From NCBI GenBank assembly GCA_044426045.1, contig JAWXUX010000001.1:65816-129815 (forward strand): 64,000 nucleotides of DNA. The letters are read 5' to 3'. The position numbers and the translations under genes are program-made. The DNA comes from Bacillota bacterium. Its GTDB lineage: Bacteria > Bacillota > Clostridia > Christensenellales > CAMQZB01. The notes under the pieces were generated by a model, which worked only from the letters and a program-made list of their open reading frames with translations, was not told where the DNA came from and made no database searches. This document shows, one piece after another, positions 46,819-56,697 of this stretch (within the stretch, counting starts at the first letter, position 1; every line of letters starts with the position of its first letter).

Positions 46819-48119
46819 CTCCAAAACAAATAACAGAAAAACTCGATGCCTATATCATCGGTCAAGATAAAGCAAAAAAAGTAGTGGCAATCGCCCTTCG
46901 CAACAGATACAGAAGAGCTCAGCTTTCAGAAACATTGCAAGAGGAAATCACGCCAAAAAACATCATCATGAAAGGTCCAACGGGTGTTGGTAAAACGGAA
47001 ATCGCAAGAAGACTTGCAAAAATCGTTGGCGCGCCATTTGTGAAAGTGGAAGCAACAAAATTCACCGAAGTTGGGTATGTTGGTCGCGACGTTGAATCAA
47101 TGATAAAAGAACTTGTTGAAGCTGCCGTTCGAATGGTGAAAAAGGAAAGAACATCAGAAGTTTTTGAAAAAGCAAAAGAAACAAGCTATCGCAAAATTTC
47201 AACAGCTATCGCCAAATCAAAAGGCAAAAACATGCAAGACGTTGATATGGAATCTCTCACAAAAGACGTTCTCCAAGATATCAAGGACGGCAAGTATGAC
47301 GATATGCAAATCGAAGTTGAAGTGAATGACAATCCGAAAAATATGGAAATCCAAAACGGCATGGGCGGGGAGATTAACCTTGGCGACATGTTTGGCGGAA
47401 TTCTCCCAAAAAAGAAAAAACGCAGAAAAGTTAAAGTGAAAGACGCCCTTAAAATCGTCGCACAGGAAGAAGCTGAAAAACTTATCGACGAGGACAGCAT
47501 AAACGCAGAAGCTATCGAAAGAGCGCAATCTTCAGGCATAATCTTTATCGACGAGCTCGACAAAATTTGCGGTGGCGGGGGAAATCAAGGTCCAAACGTT
47601 TCCAGAGAAGGCGTTCAACGCGACATCTTGCCAATCGTTGAAGGTTGCACGGTAGTCACAAAATACGGCGCAATCAAAACTGACTATATCTTGTTTATCG
47701 CAGCGGGTGCTTTCCACATCTCGAAATATTCCGATTTGATACCCGAACTTCAAGGCAGATTTCCAGTCACAGTTGATCTTGCAAGTCTTTCAAAAGAAGA
47801 TTTCTATAAAATCATGACAGTGCCAGAAAATTCTATCATCAAGCAATATGTGGCACTTCTCGAAACGGAAAAAGTGCACCTCCAATTTGAAGAAAGCGGA
47901 CTTCGCGAAATTGCGAGCATTGCATTCAACCAAAACATCAGCCATGAAGATATCGGTGCAAGAAGACTTCACACAATCGTTGAAAACCTTCTTGAAGAAG
48001 AATCTTTCAATGCGGGTGAAAACAGCGAAGAAAAAACAGTTGTTATCGACGAAAAATACGTGAGCGAAAGAATAAAAGAAGAAGCGAAAAAAGTCGATTT
48101 GAAAAAATATATTCTATAA
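46815..48119 (+). CDS. hslU: ATP-dependent protease ATPase subunit HslU
   Basis: [29 protein letters not shown] and [14 protein letters not shown] overlap with hslV. Confidence 0.95.
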   Translation: MTPKQITEKLDAYIIGQDKAKKVVAIALRNRYRRAQLSETLQEEITPKNIIMKGPTGVGKTEIARRLAKIVGAPFVKVEATKFTEVGYVGRDVESMIKELVEAAVRMVKKERTSEVFEKAKETSYRKISTAIAKSKGKNMQDVDMESLTKDVLQDIKDGKYDDMQIEVEVNDNPKNMEIQNGMGGEINLGDMFGGILPKKKKRRKVKVKDALKIVAQEEAEKLIDEDSINAEAIERAQSSGIIFIDELDKICGGGGNQGPNVSREGVQRDILPIVEGCTVVTKYGAIKTDYILFIAAGAFHISKYSDLIPELQGRFPVTVDLASLSKEDFYKIMTVPENSIIKQYVALLETEKVHLQFEESGLREIASIAFNQNISHEDIGARRLHTIVENLLEEESFNAGENSEEKTVVIDEKYVSERIKEEAKKVDLKKYIL

Positions 48120-48128
48120 GGAGAAGGT

Positions 48129-49385
48129 ATGATAAACATTCCAAAAGGCACCAAAGATGTTTTGCCACAAGAATCCTACAAATGGCACTATATCGAAAAA
48201 ATTGCACGAGAAACAGCAAGCGAGTTTTGCGCAAAAGAAATTCGCACGCCAGTGTTTGAACACACCGAGCTTTTCCTTCGTGGGGTTGGTGACACCACAG
48301 ATATAGTAAATAAAGAAATGTACACTTTCAAAGATAAAGGTGACAGAAGCATAACTCTGAAACCAGAAGGCACAGCGGGCGTTGCGAGATCGTTTATCGA
48401 AAACTCGCTACACTCTGATGCAATGCCACTAAAAATGTACTATTTCACGCCGGTTTTCAGATATGAAAAACCGCAACAAGGCAGACTCCGCGAGCATCAC
48501 CAATTCGGAGCAGAATTTTATGGCTCGCCATCACCAAGCATGGATGCAGAAGCAATTTTGCTTGCCTCAACGTTTTTCAAAAAACTTGGCGTTTCAAACT
48601 TAACGCTGAAAATCAACAGTATCGGTTGCAAACACTGCCGTGAAAATTATAATAAAGCACTCAAGGAATATTTCAACGCAAACCTTGAAAACATGTGCGG
48701 AACATGCGGTGACAGATTTGATAAAAATCCACTTCGTATCTTGGATTGCAAAAATCCCGCATGCATAGAAATCAATAAAGATGCACCGTCAATTCTCGAC
48801 TACATATGCGATGATTGCAAAAATCACTTTGAAAGTTTGAAAAGCTATCTTGATGGCAATATTGAATATGAAATCGACCCAAGAATTGTGCGTGGACTTG
48901 ACTACTACAGCAAAACAGTTTTTGAGTTTGTGTCGGAAAACATAGGTGCAAAAGGCACTGTTTGTGGTGGCGGAAGATACGACGGCTTAATTGAAATCGT
49001 CGGCGGAAAACCAAACCACGCGGTGGGATTTGGTCTTGGACTAGAAAGGTTGCTGCTGCTTTTGGAAAGCTGTGGTATCGAAATTGAAAAGCCAGCTGAT
49101 GCAGATGTTTATATCGTTGCAATGGGCGCGGAAAAACCGCTCGCTGTGAAAACGGCAAGCGTGTTGAGGGCAAAAGGCGTGCGTGCGGAATATGACCACA
49201 TGGAAAGAAGTTTCAAAGCACAATTCAAGTATGCAAACAAGCTTTCTTGCAGTTTTGTTTTGATAATCGGTGGCGACGAAGCGGAAAATGGCGGAGCAAA
49301 AGTGAAAAACATGCAAACGGGTGAAGAAAAATTTGCCACATTTGAAGAAATTCAAAACGCAAACACCCTTGCCGATATTTTTTGA
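48129..49385 (+). CDS. hisS: Histidine-tRNA ligase
   Basis: Class II motifs (YYFTPVFRYEKPQQGRLREHHQFG; GGGRYDGL) and an anticodon-binding C-terminus. Confidence 0.95.
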   Translation: MINIPKGTKDVLPQESYKWHYIEKIARETASEFCAKEIRTPVFEHTELFLRGVGDTTDIVNKEMYTFKDKGDRSITLKPEGTAGVARSFIENSLHSDAMPLKMYYFTPVFRYEKPQQGRLREHHQFGAEFYGSPSPSMDAEAILLASTFFKKLGVSNLTLKINSIGCKHCRENYNKALKEYFNANLENMCGTCGDRFDKNPLRILDCKNPACIEINKDAPSILDYICDDCKNHFESLKSYLDGNIEYEIDPRIVRGLDYYSKTVFEFVSENIGAKGTVCGGGRYDGLIEIVGGKPNHAVGFGLGLERLLLLLESCGIEIEKPADADVYIVAMGAEKPLAVKTASVLRAKGVRAEYDHMERSFKAQFKYANKLSCSFVLIIGGDEAENGGAKVKNMQTGEEKFATFEEIQNANTLADIF

Positions 49386-49401
49386 TTTCAAAGGGTGAAA
49401 C

Positions 49402-49815
49402 ATGAAAGAAATTGGAACAGTTGTAAAGGCTGATAAAAAAAATATAAAAATTCGCATGGAGCGAAAATCCGCTTGCGGTAACTGCAATATGTGCGGTTTC
49501 AAACAAGGTGACATGCACGTTGACCTCAATTGTGAAAACAAGCTTGGCGCAAAACTTGGCGACAAAGTTGAAATGGAAATGGAAGCTTCAACAGTCCTTA
49601 TTTCCGCATCGATTGTCTATCTTGTGCCACTTATTTGTGCACTTGTGGGCTTTTTGATTGCGTATCTTTTGGGCGTTTCCGAGCTCGCACAATTCGGCGG
49701 ATTGATGGCAGGCGTAGCATTTGGTTTTCTTGTTATTTTCATAATAGATAAACTCGTGAAAAAAACAAAATTCACCCCAACATGCACTCGCATTGTAAAA
49801 GAGGATATAATATAA
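49402..49815 (+). CDS. RseC/MucC-family (SoxR-reducing system) membrane protein
   Basis: N-terminal CGNCNMCG cysteine cluster followed by two TM helices, the typical RseC layout. Confidence 0.7.
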   Translation: MKEIGTVVKADKKNIKIRMERKSACGNCNMCGFKQGDMHVDLNCENKLGAKLGDKVEMEMEASTVLISASIVYLVPLICALVGFLIAYLLGVSELAQFGGLMAGVAFGFLVIFIIDKLVKKTKFTPTCTRIVKEDII

Positions 49816-49869
49816 ATTTATTATAGATTATAAATTAAAATAAAATTATTTAGCATAAGGAGAAAAACA

Positions 49870-51108
49870 ATGGTTGAAATGACAAAAATCAAAAACTATG
49901 ACGCGGAAGTTTTTGAAGCAATGAACGACGAACTTAATCGTCAAAGAAACAACATCGAGCTTATCGCAAGTGAAAACTTTGTTTCTGAAGCAGTTTTGGA
50001 GGCAATGGGAACACACCTCACAAACAAATATGCCGAAGGCTATCCTGGAAAAAGATACTACGGCGGTTGCGTTCACGTTGACGTGACAGAACAAATCGCA
50101 ATCGATCGTGCAAAAGCACTTTTTTCAGCAGAACACGCAAACGTTCAACCACACTGTGGTGCGAATGCAAACATCGCAGTTTATTTTGCAATGCTTGAAC
50201 ACGGCGACACAATCCTTGGCATGAACCTCGCCCACGGCGGACATTTGACTCACGGTTCACCAGTTAATATGTCAGGAAAATATTTCAATTTCGTATCATA
50301 TGGCGTGTCAAAAGAAGACGGCAAAATTGATTATGACGAAGTTGAAAGAATTGCAATCGAAGCTAAACCAAAAATGATTGTTGCGGGTGCAAGTGCCTAT
50401 TCAAGAACGATTGATTTCCCAAGATTCAAGGAAATCGCCGATAAAGTTGGCGCGTATCTCATGGTTGATATCGCCCACATCGCAGGTCTTATCGTTTCAG
50501 GACAACATCCAAACCCATTCCCATATGCCGATATCGTGACAACAACAACTCACAAAACTTTGAGAGGCCCTCGAGGCGGAATGATTATGTGCAAAGCTGA
50601 ATACGCACAAAAAATCGATAAAGGCGTTTTCCCAGGACTTCAAGGCGGACCACTTGAACACATCATCGCGGCAAAAGCAGTGTGTTTCAAAGAAGCAGCA
50701 TCAGAAGAATTCAAAGCATACGGCGCGCAAGTTGTTAAAAACGCAAAAGCTATGGAAATTCAATTCAAGGAAAACGGCGTGAAAATGGTTTCAGGCGGAA
50801 CTGATAACCACCTTATTTTGCTTGATTTGTCAGAAACTGGCTTGTCTGGCAAAAAACTTGAAAGACTTCTTGACGAAGCAAATATCACAGTCAATAAAAA
50901 CGGTATCCCATTCGACACAAAATCACCATTTATCACAAGCGGTGTAAGAATCGGAACACCAGCTGCCACAACTCGCGGAATGAAAGAAGATGACATGAAA
51001 GAAATCGCAAACATCATCACGCTTATCATCCAAAAAGCAGAAGAAGGCATCGAAGAAGCAAAAGAAAGAGTAGCAGTGATAACTGCGAAATATCCTTTGT
51101 ACGCGTAA
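49870..51108 (+). CDS. glyA: Serine hydroxymethyltransferase
   Basis: [20 protein letters not shown] and [14 protein letters not shown] (PLP lysine). Confidence 0.97.
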   Translation: MVEMTKIKNYDAEVFEAMNDELNRQRNNIELIASENFVSEAVLEAMGTHLTNKYAEGYPGKRYYGGCVHVDVTEQIAIDRAKALFSAEHANVQPHCGANANIAVYFAMLEHGDTILGMNLAHGGHLTHGSPVNMSGKYFNFVSYGVSKEDGKIDYDEVERIAIEAKPKMIVAGASAYSRTIDFPRFKEIADKVGAYLMVDIAHIAGLIVSGQHPNPFPYADIVTTTTHKTLRGPRGGMIMCKAEYAQKIDKGVFPGLQGGPLEHIIAAKAVCFKEAASEEFKAYGAQVVKNAKAMEIQFKENGVKMVSGGTDNHLILLDLSETGLSGKKLERLLDEANITVNKNGIPFDTKSPFITSGVRIGTPAATTRGMKEDDMKEIANIITLIIQKAEEGIEEAKERVAVITAKYPLYA

Positions 51109-51149
51109 GAGAATGTGGTGAGCACGCAGTTAGTTTATTGGAAGCGAAG

Positions 51150-51366
51150 TGCGTGGAACGCTTTTTTAAAGTGAAAGGTGAAAGGTGAAAGGTGAAAGGT
51201 GTGGTAATGCACTCGCGTACCGCTCGTGCTTTTCAATTATATTTGTAACCACTTGTAGGAACGTAACTATTCAATAGGGGCGTTCCTTTTTTACTGTCCA
51301 AATATAATAGGGTGCACGAACGAAGCGAGTGCCTACCACACCTTTCACCTTTCACCTTTCACTTTT
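51150..51366 (+). repeat. Nested-hairpin intergenic element, copy 5
   Basis: TGCGTGGAACGCTTTTTT left extension. GTGAAAG x4 (51171-51198) faces CTTTCAC x3 (51342-51362). Box pair and ATTATATTTG/CAAATATAAT are present. Bracketed by AAGCGAAG direct repeats. Confidence 0.9.
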
Positions 51367-51404
51367 AAGCGAAGCTTTTCACTTAAAATTTGCTTTAAAT
51401 TCTC

Positions 51405-51433
51405 GAATACTTTCTACATTTTTGGTAATACTA
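51405..51433 (+). promoter_or_regulatory. Candidate forespore sigma-F/G-type promoter for spoVA genes
   Basis: GAATA (51405-51409), 17-nt spacer, AATACTA (51427-51433), compared with the sigma-G consensus GnATA-17/18-CATAcTA. Confidence 0.35.
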
Positions 51434-51458
51434 AAATAAAAAAGCAAGGTGGAAAGTT

Positions 51459-51554
51459 ATGGGCAAAATCAAGTTTATTTTATCAAGCGAAGTTAAAGAT
51501 TGTATTGAAAGTGAAATCCGCACGCCTAAATTTTTGAGGGCGGAAGAAAGATGA
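51459..51554 (+). CDS. Candidate 31-aa micro-ORF translationally coupled to spoVAC
   Basis: AAGGTGG RBS 6 nt before the ATG at 51459. Product MGKIKFILSSEVKDCIESEIRTPKFLRAEER. Its TGA overlaps the spoVAC ATG (ATGA). Confidence 0.3.
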   Translation: MGKIKFILSSEVKDCIESEIRTPKFLRAEER

Positions 51555-51997
51555 AAATATCTCAAAACAACTATCTCGAATATGTATCGGCAAAAACTCC
51601 ACGCACAAACGAATGGAAAACCCTCGTTTGGGCGTTTTTAATCGGTGGGGCGATTTGCACGGTAGGTCAGTGCGTGCGGGAGTTTGTGGAATATGAATTT
51701 TGGCAACTTTCCGAAGATGAAGTTTCCGCCGTGGTTTCGGGTGTGATGATTTTTCTTGGCGCACTTTTCACTGGCGTTGGGCTTTATGACCGCCTCGGTG
51801 CGTTTGCGGGTGCGGGGAGCATGGTGCCAATCACGGGCTTTGCAAACTCCATCGTTTCGCCAGCACTTGAATTCAAATCAGAAGGCATGATATATGGGCT
51901 AGCTGCCAAAATGTTCATCATTTCGGGTCCAATCATCGTTTATGGCGTGGTGGCAAGCTCGCTTGTTGGCATAATTTATATGATTTTTGGTCTTTGA
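51551..51997 (+). CDS. spoVAC: Stage V sporulation protein AC
   Basis: YVSAKTPRTN...LIGGAICTVGQ...GAGSMVPITGFANSIV. Confidence 0.92.
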   Translation: MKISQNNYLEYVSAKTPRTNEWKTLVWAFLIGGAICTVGQCVREFVEYEFWQLSEDEVSAVVSGVMIFLGALFTGVGLYDRLGAFAGAGSMVPITGFANSIVSPALEFKSEGMIYGLAAKMFIISGPIIVYGVVASSLVGIIYMIFGL

Positions 51998-52004
51998 GGT
52001 GAAA

Positions 52005-53024
52005 ATGAAAAGAATAGGCGAAAGAACGATAATTTTTCCAACTAAACCCAAAATAATTTCTGCGTGCTCTCTTGTGGGACCAGAAGAATATAATGGCCCA
52101 TTGCAAAAATATTTTGTCAACAAAGTTCAAGACGACACAATGAATCAAAAGACATACGAAAAAGCCGAACGAAAAATGCTCACAAAGGTGATTGACGGTG
52201 CAATTTCAGCAAGCCAAGTGAAGGAAAAGGATGTTCAGCTTCTCATTGGTGGCGATCTTCTGAATCAAATCATATCAACAAGTTTTTCCGCTCGCGAAAC
52301 GCAAATCCCACTTCTTGGGGTGTATTCGGCATGCTCGACCATGAGTGAAAGCCTTGCCGTTGGCGCAATGACAGTGGACGGCGGTTTCGCTTCCACCGTG
52401 GCATGCGGAACGGTGAGCCACTTTTCTTCAGCCGAGCGACAATACAGAACCCCGCTCGAACAAGGCTCGCAACGCCCCGCGGTTTCCCAATGGACAGTGA
52501 CGGGTGCGGGGTGCAGTGTTCTTTCAAACTCGGGCAAGGGTCCAAGCATCACAAGGGCGACTTTTGGCAAAGTGATTGATTTTGGCGTGACCGACACAAA
52601 CAACATGGGCGCCGCAATGGCACCCGCCGCCGCCGATACTTTGCAAGCATTTTTCCAAGATACGGGCAAATCCCCAAAAGAATACGATATGATACTAACG
52701 GGCGATCTTGGCTATCTTGGCAGTGAACTTTTGTGCGATTTGCTTTCCGACAGAAAAATCGACATCACAAAAAACCACCGCGACTGCGGTGCGATGATAT
52801 ATCCAAAAGACACCGCAAAATTCCAAGGCGGAAGCGGAGCGGGGTGCTCGGCTTCTGTTTTCAATTCCTATGTCTATAAAAGGCTAGCGGGGCGAAAAAT
52901 CAAAAAAATGCTGTTTGTTGCAACGGGAGCACTTCTATCAACAACTTCATCAATGCAAGGTGAAACAATCCCTGGCATTGCACATCTTGTGGAAATCGAA
53001 TGTGAAAAAAAGGAGGAAACATGA
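52005..53024 (+). CDS. spoVAD: Stage V sporulation protein AD
   Basis: Thiolase-like SpoVAD pattern (VGPEEYNGPL, YSACSTMSESL, SHFSSAERQYR). GAGGTG RBS before the ATG at 52005. Confidence 0.92.
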   Translation: MKRIGERTIIFPTKPKIISACSLVGPEEYNGPLQKYFVNKVQDDTMNQKTYEKAERKMLTKVIDGAISASQVKEKDVQLLIGGDLLNQIISTSFSARETQIPLLGVYSACSTMSESLAVGAMTVDGGFASTVACGTVSHFSSAERQYRTPLEQGSQRPAVSQWTVTGAGCSVLSNSGKGPSITRATFGKVIDFGVTDTNNMGAAMAPAAADTLQAFFQDTGKSPKEYDMILTGDLGYLGSELLCDLLSDRKIDITKNHRDCGAMIYPKDTAKFQGGSGAGCSASVFNSYVYKRLAGRKIKKMLFVATGALLSTTSSMQGETIPGIAHLVEIECEKKEET

Positions 53025-53446
53025 TTTTTATAAAAGCGTTTGTCGTTGGCGGACTTATCTGCACGCTCGGTCAAATCCTTATCAACCTCACCAAAATGAC
53101 GTCAGCAAGAATTCTTGTCACATTCCTTCTTGCAGGGATAATCCTTGAAGCAATCGGGGCGTATCAACCCCTTGTTGAATTTGCGGGTGCGGGCGCCACA
53201 GTCCCAATTTCCGGCTTTGGCTCGCTTCTTGCAAGTGGTGCGATTGAAGGAAGCAAGGAAGGGATTGTGGGTGCAATTTCAGGTGGTGTGAAAGCCGCGG
53301 CATTCGGGCTTTCGTCGGCGATTTTCTTTGGATATCTGAATGCAATAATTTTTAAACCCCACACAAAAAAACAAGATATAAAAAGAACGAATCACGCACG
53401 AAAAATCACGCCGACCAAAGGCGACTTGAAAGAAACCAAAAAATAA
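53021..53446 (+). CDS. spoVAE: Stage V sporulation protein AE (AEb-type) with basic C-terminal extension
   Basis: FVVGGLICTLGQ...GAGATVPISGFG is paralogous to SpoVAC. ATGA overlap with spoVAD. Confidence 0.88.
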   Translation: MIFIKAFVVGGLICTLGQILINLTKMTSARILVTFLLAGIILEAIGAYQPLVEFAGAGATVPISGFGSLLASGAIEGSKEGIVGAISGGVKAAAFGLSSAIFFGYLNAIIFKPHTKKQDIKRTNHARKITPTKGDLKETKK

Positions 53447-53477
53447 CACCAATTTTCAAAAAAATTTCGTAAAATAC

Positions 53478-53505
53478 TTGACAATTTTTCTGAAAAGAGT
53501 ATACT
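53478..53505 (+). promoter_or_regulatory. Sigma-A promoter (TTGACA-16-TATACT) for Rrf2-nifS-nifU
   Basis: -35 at 53478-53483, -10 at 53500-53505. Confidence 0.5.
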
Positions 53506-53555
53506 TATATAAGAAAAGACGACTAAAATACTCGCCTTTTAAAGGGGCATAAAAT

Positions 53556-53945
53556 ATGAAAATTTCAACAAAGTCAAGATACGGTCTGAAAGCCGTTCAC
53601 TATCTTGCAAAAAACGCCGATGAAGTCTTGCCAATAACAAAGATTTCAGCGGATCTTGGAATTTCTCAAGACTATTTGGAGCAACTTCTAAGGCTACTCA
53701 AAAAAGCGGAAATCATCCAAACAACAAGGGGAGTTCAAGGTGGATATTCACTTTCAAAAAAACCTTGTGACATCACCGTTGGCGAAGTTTTGCGAGTGCT
53801 TGAAGATAACTTGCAAATCGTGGATTGCGTTGGAAAAAGTTGCAATCCTTGTGGTGAAAATTGTCCAACAAAAGATATTTGGCAAAAGGTTTATGTCGCG
53901 ATAAATGAAACGCTCGACCAAATCACACTCGACCAAATGCTGTAA
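53556..53945 (+). CDS. Rrf2-family transcriptional regulator (IscR/CymR-like)
   Basis: MKISTKSRYGLKAVHYLA...ISQDYLEQLLRLLKKAEII..RGVQGGY, plus a three-Cys cluster (C..C..C) near the C-terminus. Confidence 0.9.
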   Translation: MKISTKSRYGLKAVHYLAKNADEVLPITKISADLGISQDYLEQLLRLLKKAEIIQTTRGVQGGYSLSKKPCDITVGEVLRVLEDNLQIVDCVGKSCNPCGENCPTKDIWQKVYVAINETLDQITLDQML

Positions 53946-54037
53946 AATGGGATAAAACCTTCTTGAATTTAAACTTTTTAAAAGTCCCACTAAATAAATA
54001 AACAAATTTTTCAAAAGAAAAATAAAGGATAATATAT

Positions 54038-55216
54038 ATGAACAAAATCTATCTCGATCACGCTGCTACAACCTATGTGAAACCTGCTGTCATGGAAGAA
54101 ATGGCGAAATATTTCACTGAAGTTTTTGGCAACGCATCAAGCATGCACGCGTTTGGGCGCGAAGGTGCAAGCGGTCTTTCAAAAGCGAGGAACACAATCG
54201 CAAGCGAAATTGGCGCGCTCCCAACAGAAATTTATTTCACAGCTGGCGGAAGCGAATCTGACAACTGGGCACTTCGCGGAATTGCAAAACGCAAAGGCAA
54301 AGGTCACATCATCACAAGCTGTATCGAACATCCCGCAATCAAGGAAACTGCCGAAGACCTTCAAAAACAAGGCTTTGAAGTCACTTATGTTGGCGTTTCG
54401 GAAGATGGATATGTGAATCCACAAGAAATCGAAAACGCAATCCAAGATAACACAATTTTGATTTCAGTTATGGTGGCAAATAACGAAGTTGGAACAATCC
54501 AACCTTTCGAAGAAATCGCAAAAATCGCAAAATCACGCAAAATCCCGTTCCATACCGACGCCGTTCAAGCAATGGGTGCTGTGAAATTCAACGTGAAAGA
54601 AATGGGCATTGATATGCTTTCAATGTCGGGTCACAAATTCTATGGTCCAAAAGGCATTGGCGTTTTATATATCAGAAACGGGCTTGGCATTGGCAAATAT
54701 CTCACAGGCGGTCATCAAGAACGCGGAATGAGGGCAGGCACAAGTGCAACGCCACTAGCAGTTGGCATGGCGGCAGCTTTGAAACTTGCAAATTCTCATA
54801 TTGAAGAGGAAAACGCAAGACTTTCTGAGCTTCGAAACTACTTGGTAAAAAGAATTTCAGCTGAAATTCCATATGTGAAAATCAACGGCGGTCTTGAAAA
54901 AAGACTTCCAAACAACGTTAATATATCATTTAAATATGTTGAAGGCGAATCAATCTTGATGCTTCTCGACCTTGCGGGAATTGCAGTTTCAACGGGCTCT
55001 GCTTGCTCTTCAGGAACGCTTGAATCTTCATATGTTCTCACAAGCATGAAAGTGCCGATTGAACTTGCTCACGGAAGCGTGCGTTTCACACTAGGCGAAA
55101 AAACAACAAAAGAAGACCTCGACACAACAGTGGACAAACTTAAAGAAATAATTGAAAAACTAAGAGAAATGTCACCATTGTTTTCAGTAAAAGAAGGAGA
55201 AACTCAATATGTATAA
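54038..55216 (+). CDS. nifS: Cysteine desulfurase (NifS/IscS type)
   Basis: YLDHAATT, the SGHKFYGPKG PLP lysine, and the active-site loop SACSSG. Confidence 0.93.
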   Translation: MNKIYLDHAATTYVKPAVMEEMAKYFTEVFGNASSMHAFGREGASGLSKARNTIASEIGALPTEIYFTAGGSESDNWALRGIAKRKGKGHIITSCIEHPAIKETAEDLQKQGFEVTYVGVSEDGYVNPQEIENAIQDNTILISVMVANNEVGTIQPFEEIAKIAKSRKIPFHTDAVQAMGAVKFNVKEMGIDMLSMSGHKFYGPKGIGVLYIRNGLGIGKYLTGGHQERGMRAGTSATPLAVGMAAALKLANSHIEEENARLSELRNYLVKRISAEIPYVKINGGLEKRLPNNVNISFKYVEGESILMLLDLAGIAVSTGSACSSGTLESSYVLTSMKVPIELAHGSVRFTLGEKTTKEDLDTTVDKLKEIIEKLREMSPLFSVKEGETQYV

Positions 55217-55577
55217 TGAAAAAGTGATGCAAGCATTCTCAAATCCACAAAACGTGGGAGAAATTGAAAACGCCGACGGCGTTGGACAAGTTGGCAACGT
55301 TACTTGTGGCGATATCATGCGTATCAGCTTGAAAATTGAAGATAACATCATCAAAGAAGCAAAGTTCAAAACTTTCGGATGTGCAGCAGCCGTTGCAACA
55401 AGTTCAACAGCAACCGAAATGATTATCGGTATGACAGTTGACGAAGCGGAAAAACTCACAAACGCAAAAGTCGTTGAAGCCCTCGAAGGTTTGCCACCAC
55501 AAAAAATCCATTGCTCTGTGCTTGCCGAAGAAGCAATCAAAGAAGCAATCGCGGATTACAGAAAAAATCACGCTTAA
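55209..55577 (+). CDS. nifU: Fe-S cluster assembly scaffold (NifU N-terminal/IscU type)
   Basis: NPQNVGEI..GNVTCGDIM..FKTFGCAAA..KIHCSVLA, with three conserved Cys. Confidence 0.93.
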   Translation: MYNEKVMQAFSNPQNVGEIENADGVGQVGNVTCGDIMRISLKIEDNIIKEAKFKTFGCAAAVATSSTATEMIIGMTVDEAEKLTNAKVVEALEGLPPQKIHCSVLAEEAIKEAIADYRKNHA

Positions 55578-55588
55578 TAAAAACAAAA

Positions 55589-55617
55589 GCAACCAAATAA
55601 AAATGGTTGTTTTTTTT
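55589..55617 (+). terminator. Intrinsic terminator
   Basis: CAACCA (55590-55595) / TGGTTG (55604-55609) plus T8. Confidence 0.7.
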
Positions 55618-55723
55618 ATTTTGCTTTTGACAAATACTAACACTCATTGGCAAATACTGACACCCCATAACCGCAAATAAATTCCCCACCTTTGCACATC
55701 ATATAACCAAGGGAGGTGCGGAT

Positions 55724-56017
55724 ATGCAAAAATTTATAACGGGTCTTGCTGTTGGTATTGTGGCGGGAACATTGCTTGTGACTTGCAGTAAGCAAGCGAG
55801 AGAACTCGCGTGCGCAAGCAAGGAATTTGCCGATAAGAAACTGCAAAATGCAAAAGACGGAGTAGAAGATAAAACGGAAGAAATCAAAGAAAAAACTGCC
55901 GAAGTTGCGAAAGAATCGCAAGAAAAAACTCCAGCGAAAAAAAGTGTAGCCAAAAAGTCGCAAACAAAAAAACAAGACTCAAAACAAAAATCAGAAGTAG
56001 CTGAAACTGACAAATAG
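55724..56017 (+). CDS. YtxH-like small membrane-anchored protein, Lys/Glu-rich
   Basis: N-terminal FITGLAVGIVAGTLL helix followed by a charged low-complexity tail. AGGGAGG RBS. Confidence 0.6.
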   Translation: MQKFITGLAVGIVAGTLLVTCSKQARELACASKEFADKKLQNAKDGVEDKTEEIKEKTAEVAKESQEKTPAKKSVAKKSQTKKQDSKQKSEVAETDK

Positions 56018-56052
56018 GATTAAAACAGCTTTAACTTCAATCCCTAAAAAAA

Positions 56053-56078
56053 ATCATCTCCAGCGAGGTGATTTTTTT
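56053..56078 (+). terminator. Intrinsic terminator
   Basis: ATCATCTC / GAGGTGAT stem (one G-U pair), loop CAGC, T7. Confidence 0.7.
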
Positions 56079-56217
56079 ATTTTTTAAAAAAAGAGCAAAA
56101 TTCACAAAATTTGGAAACTGCAATCTAAATTATCACGCGAGTGGTAATATTCTTGCACATTGTGCGTGTATTGTGTTATACTTGAAAGAATAAAAATAAA
56201 ATCGCTAGAGGTGGGTT

Positions 56218-56694
56218 ATGGCAATCGAAAGGGTGAAAGAATATTTCAAGGGCACGGAATTTGAAAACAAGATAATGGAGTTTGAAATTTCATCAGCAAC
56301 GGTACAGCTTGCCGCAATCGCGGTTGGGTGCGAAGGCGCGAGAATTGCAAAAACATTAAGTTTCATGGTTGGCGAAAATCCAATCTTGATAGTTGTCGCA
56401 GGGGACGGAAAAATCGCGAACCCAAAATATAAAGCCCAATTTGGAACAAAAGCAAAAATGCTGTCGCCCGAGCAAGTGACCCAGCTTATCGGTCACAGCG
56501 TTGGCGGTGTTTGTCCCTTTGGAATAAACGAGGGCGTGACGGTGTATCTCGACAGCTCGCTCAAAAGATTTGAAACAGTGTTTCCCGCATGTGGAAGCAG
56601 TAATTCCGCAATCGAACTCACAATCCCGCAGCTTGAAAAACTTTCAAACTTCAAAAGTTGGATAGACGTTTGCAAATTGCCAGAAATCGAATAA
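56218..56694 (+). CDS. YbaK/EbsC-family aminoacyl-tRNA editing domain protein
   Basis: AKTLSFMV..ILIVVAGDGKI..GHSVGGVCPFG is the typical YbaK/ProX pattern. Confidence 0.8.
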   Translation: MAIERVKEYFKGTEFENKIMEFEISSATVQLAAIAVGCEGARIAKTLSFMVGENPILIVVAGDGKIANPKYKAQFGTKAKMLSPEQVTQLIGHSVGGVCPFGINEGVTVYLDSSLKRFETVFPACGSSNSAIELTIPQLEKLSNFKSWIDVCKLPEIE

Positions 56695-56697
56695 AAA

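Noticed and set aside
48110-48135. T-box leader for hisS
   Set aside because: Only 9 nt separate the hslU stop from the hisS start, so there is no space for a leader.
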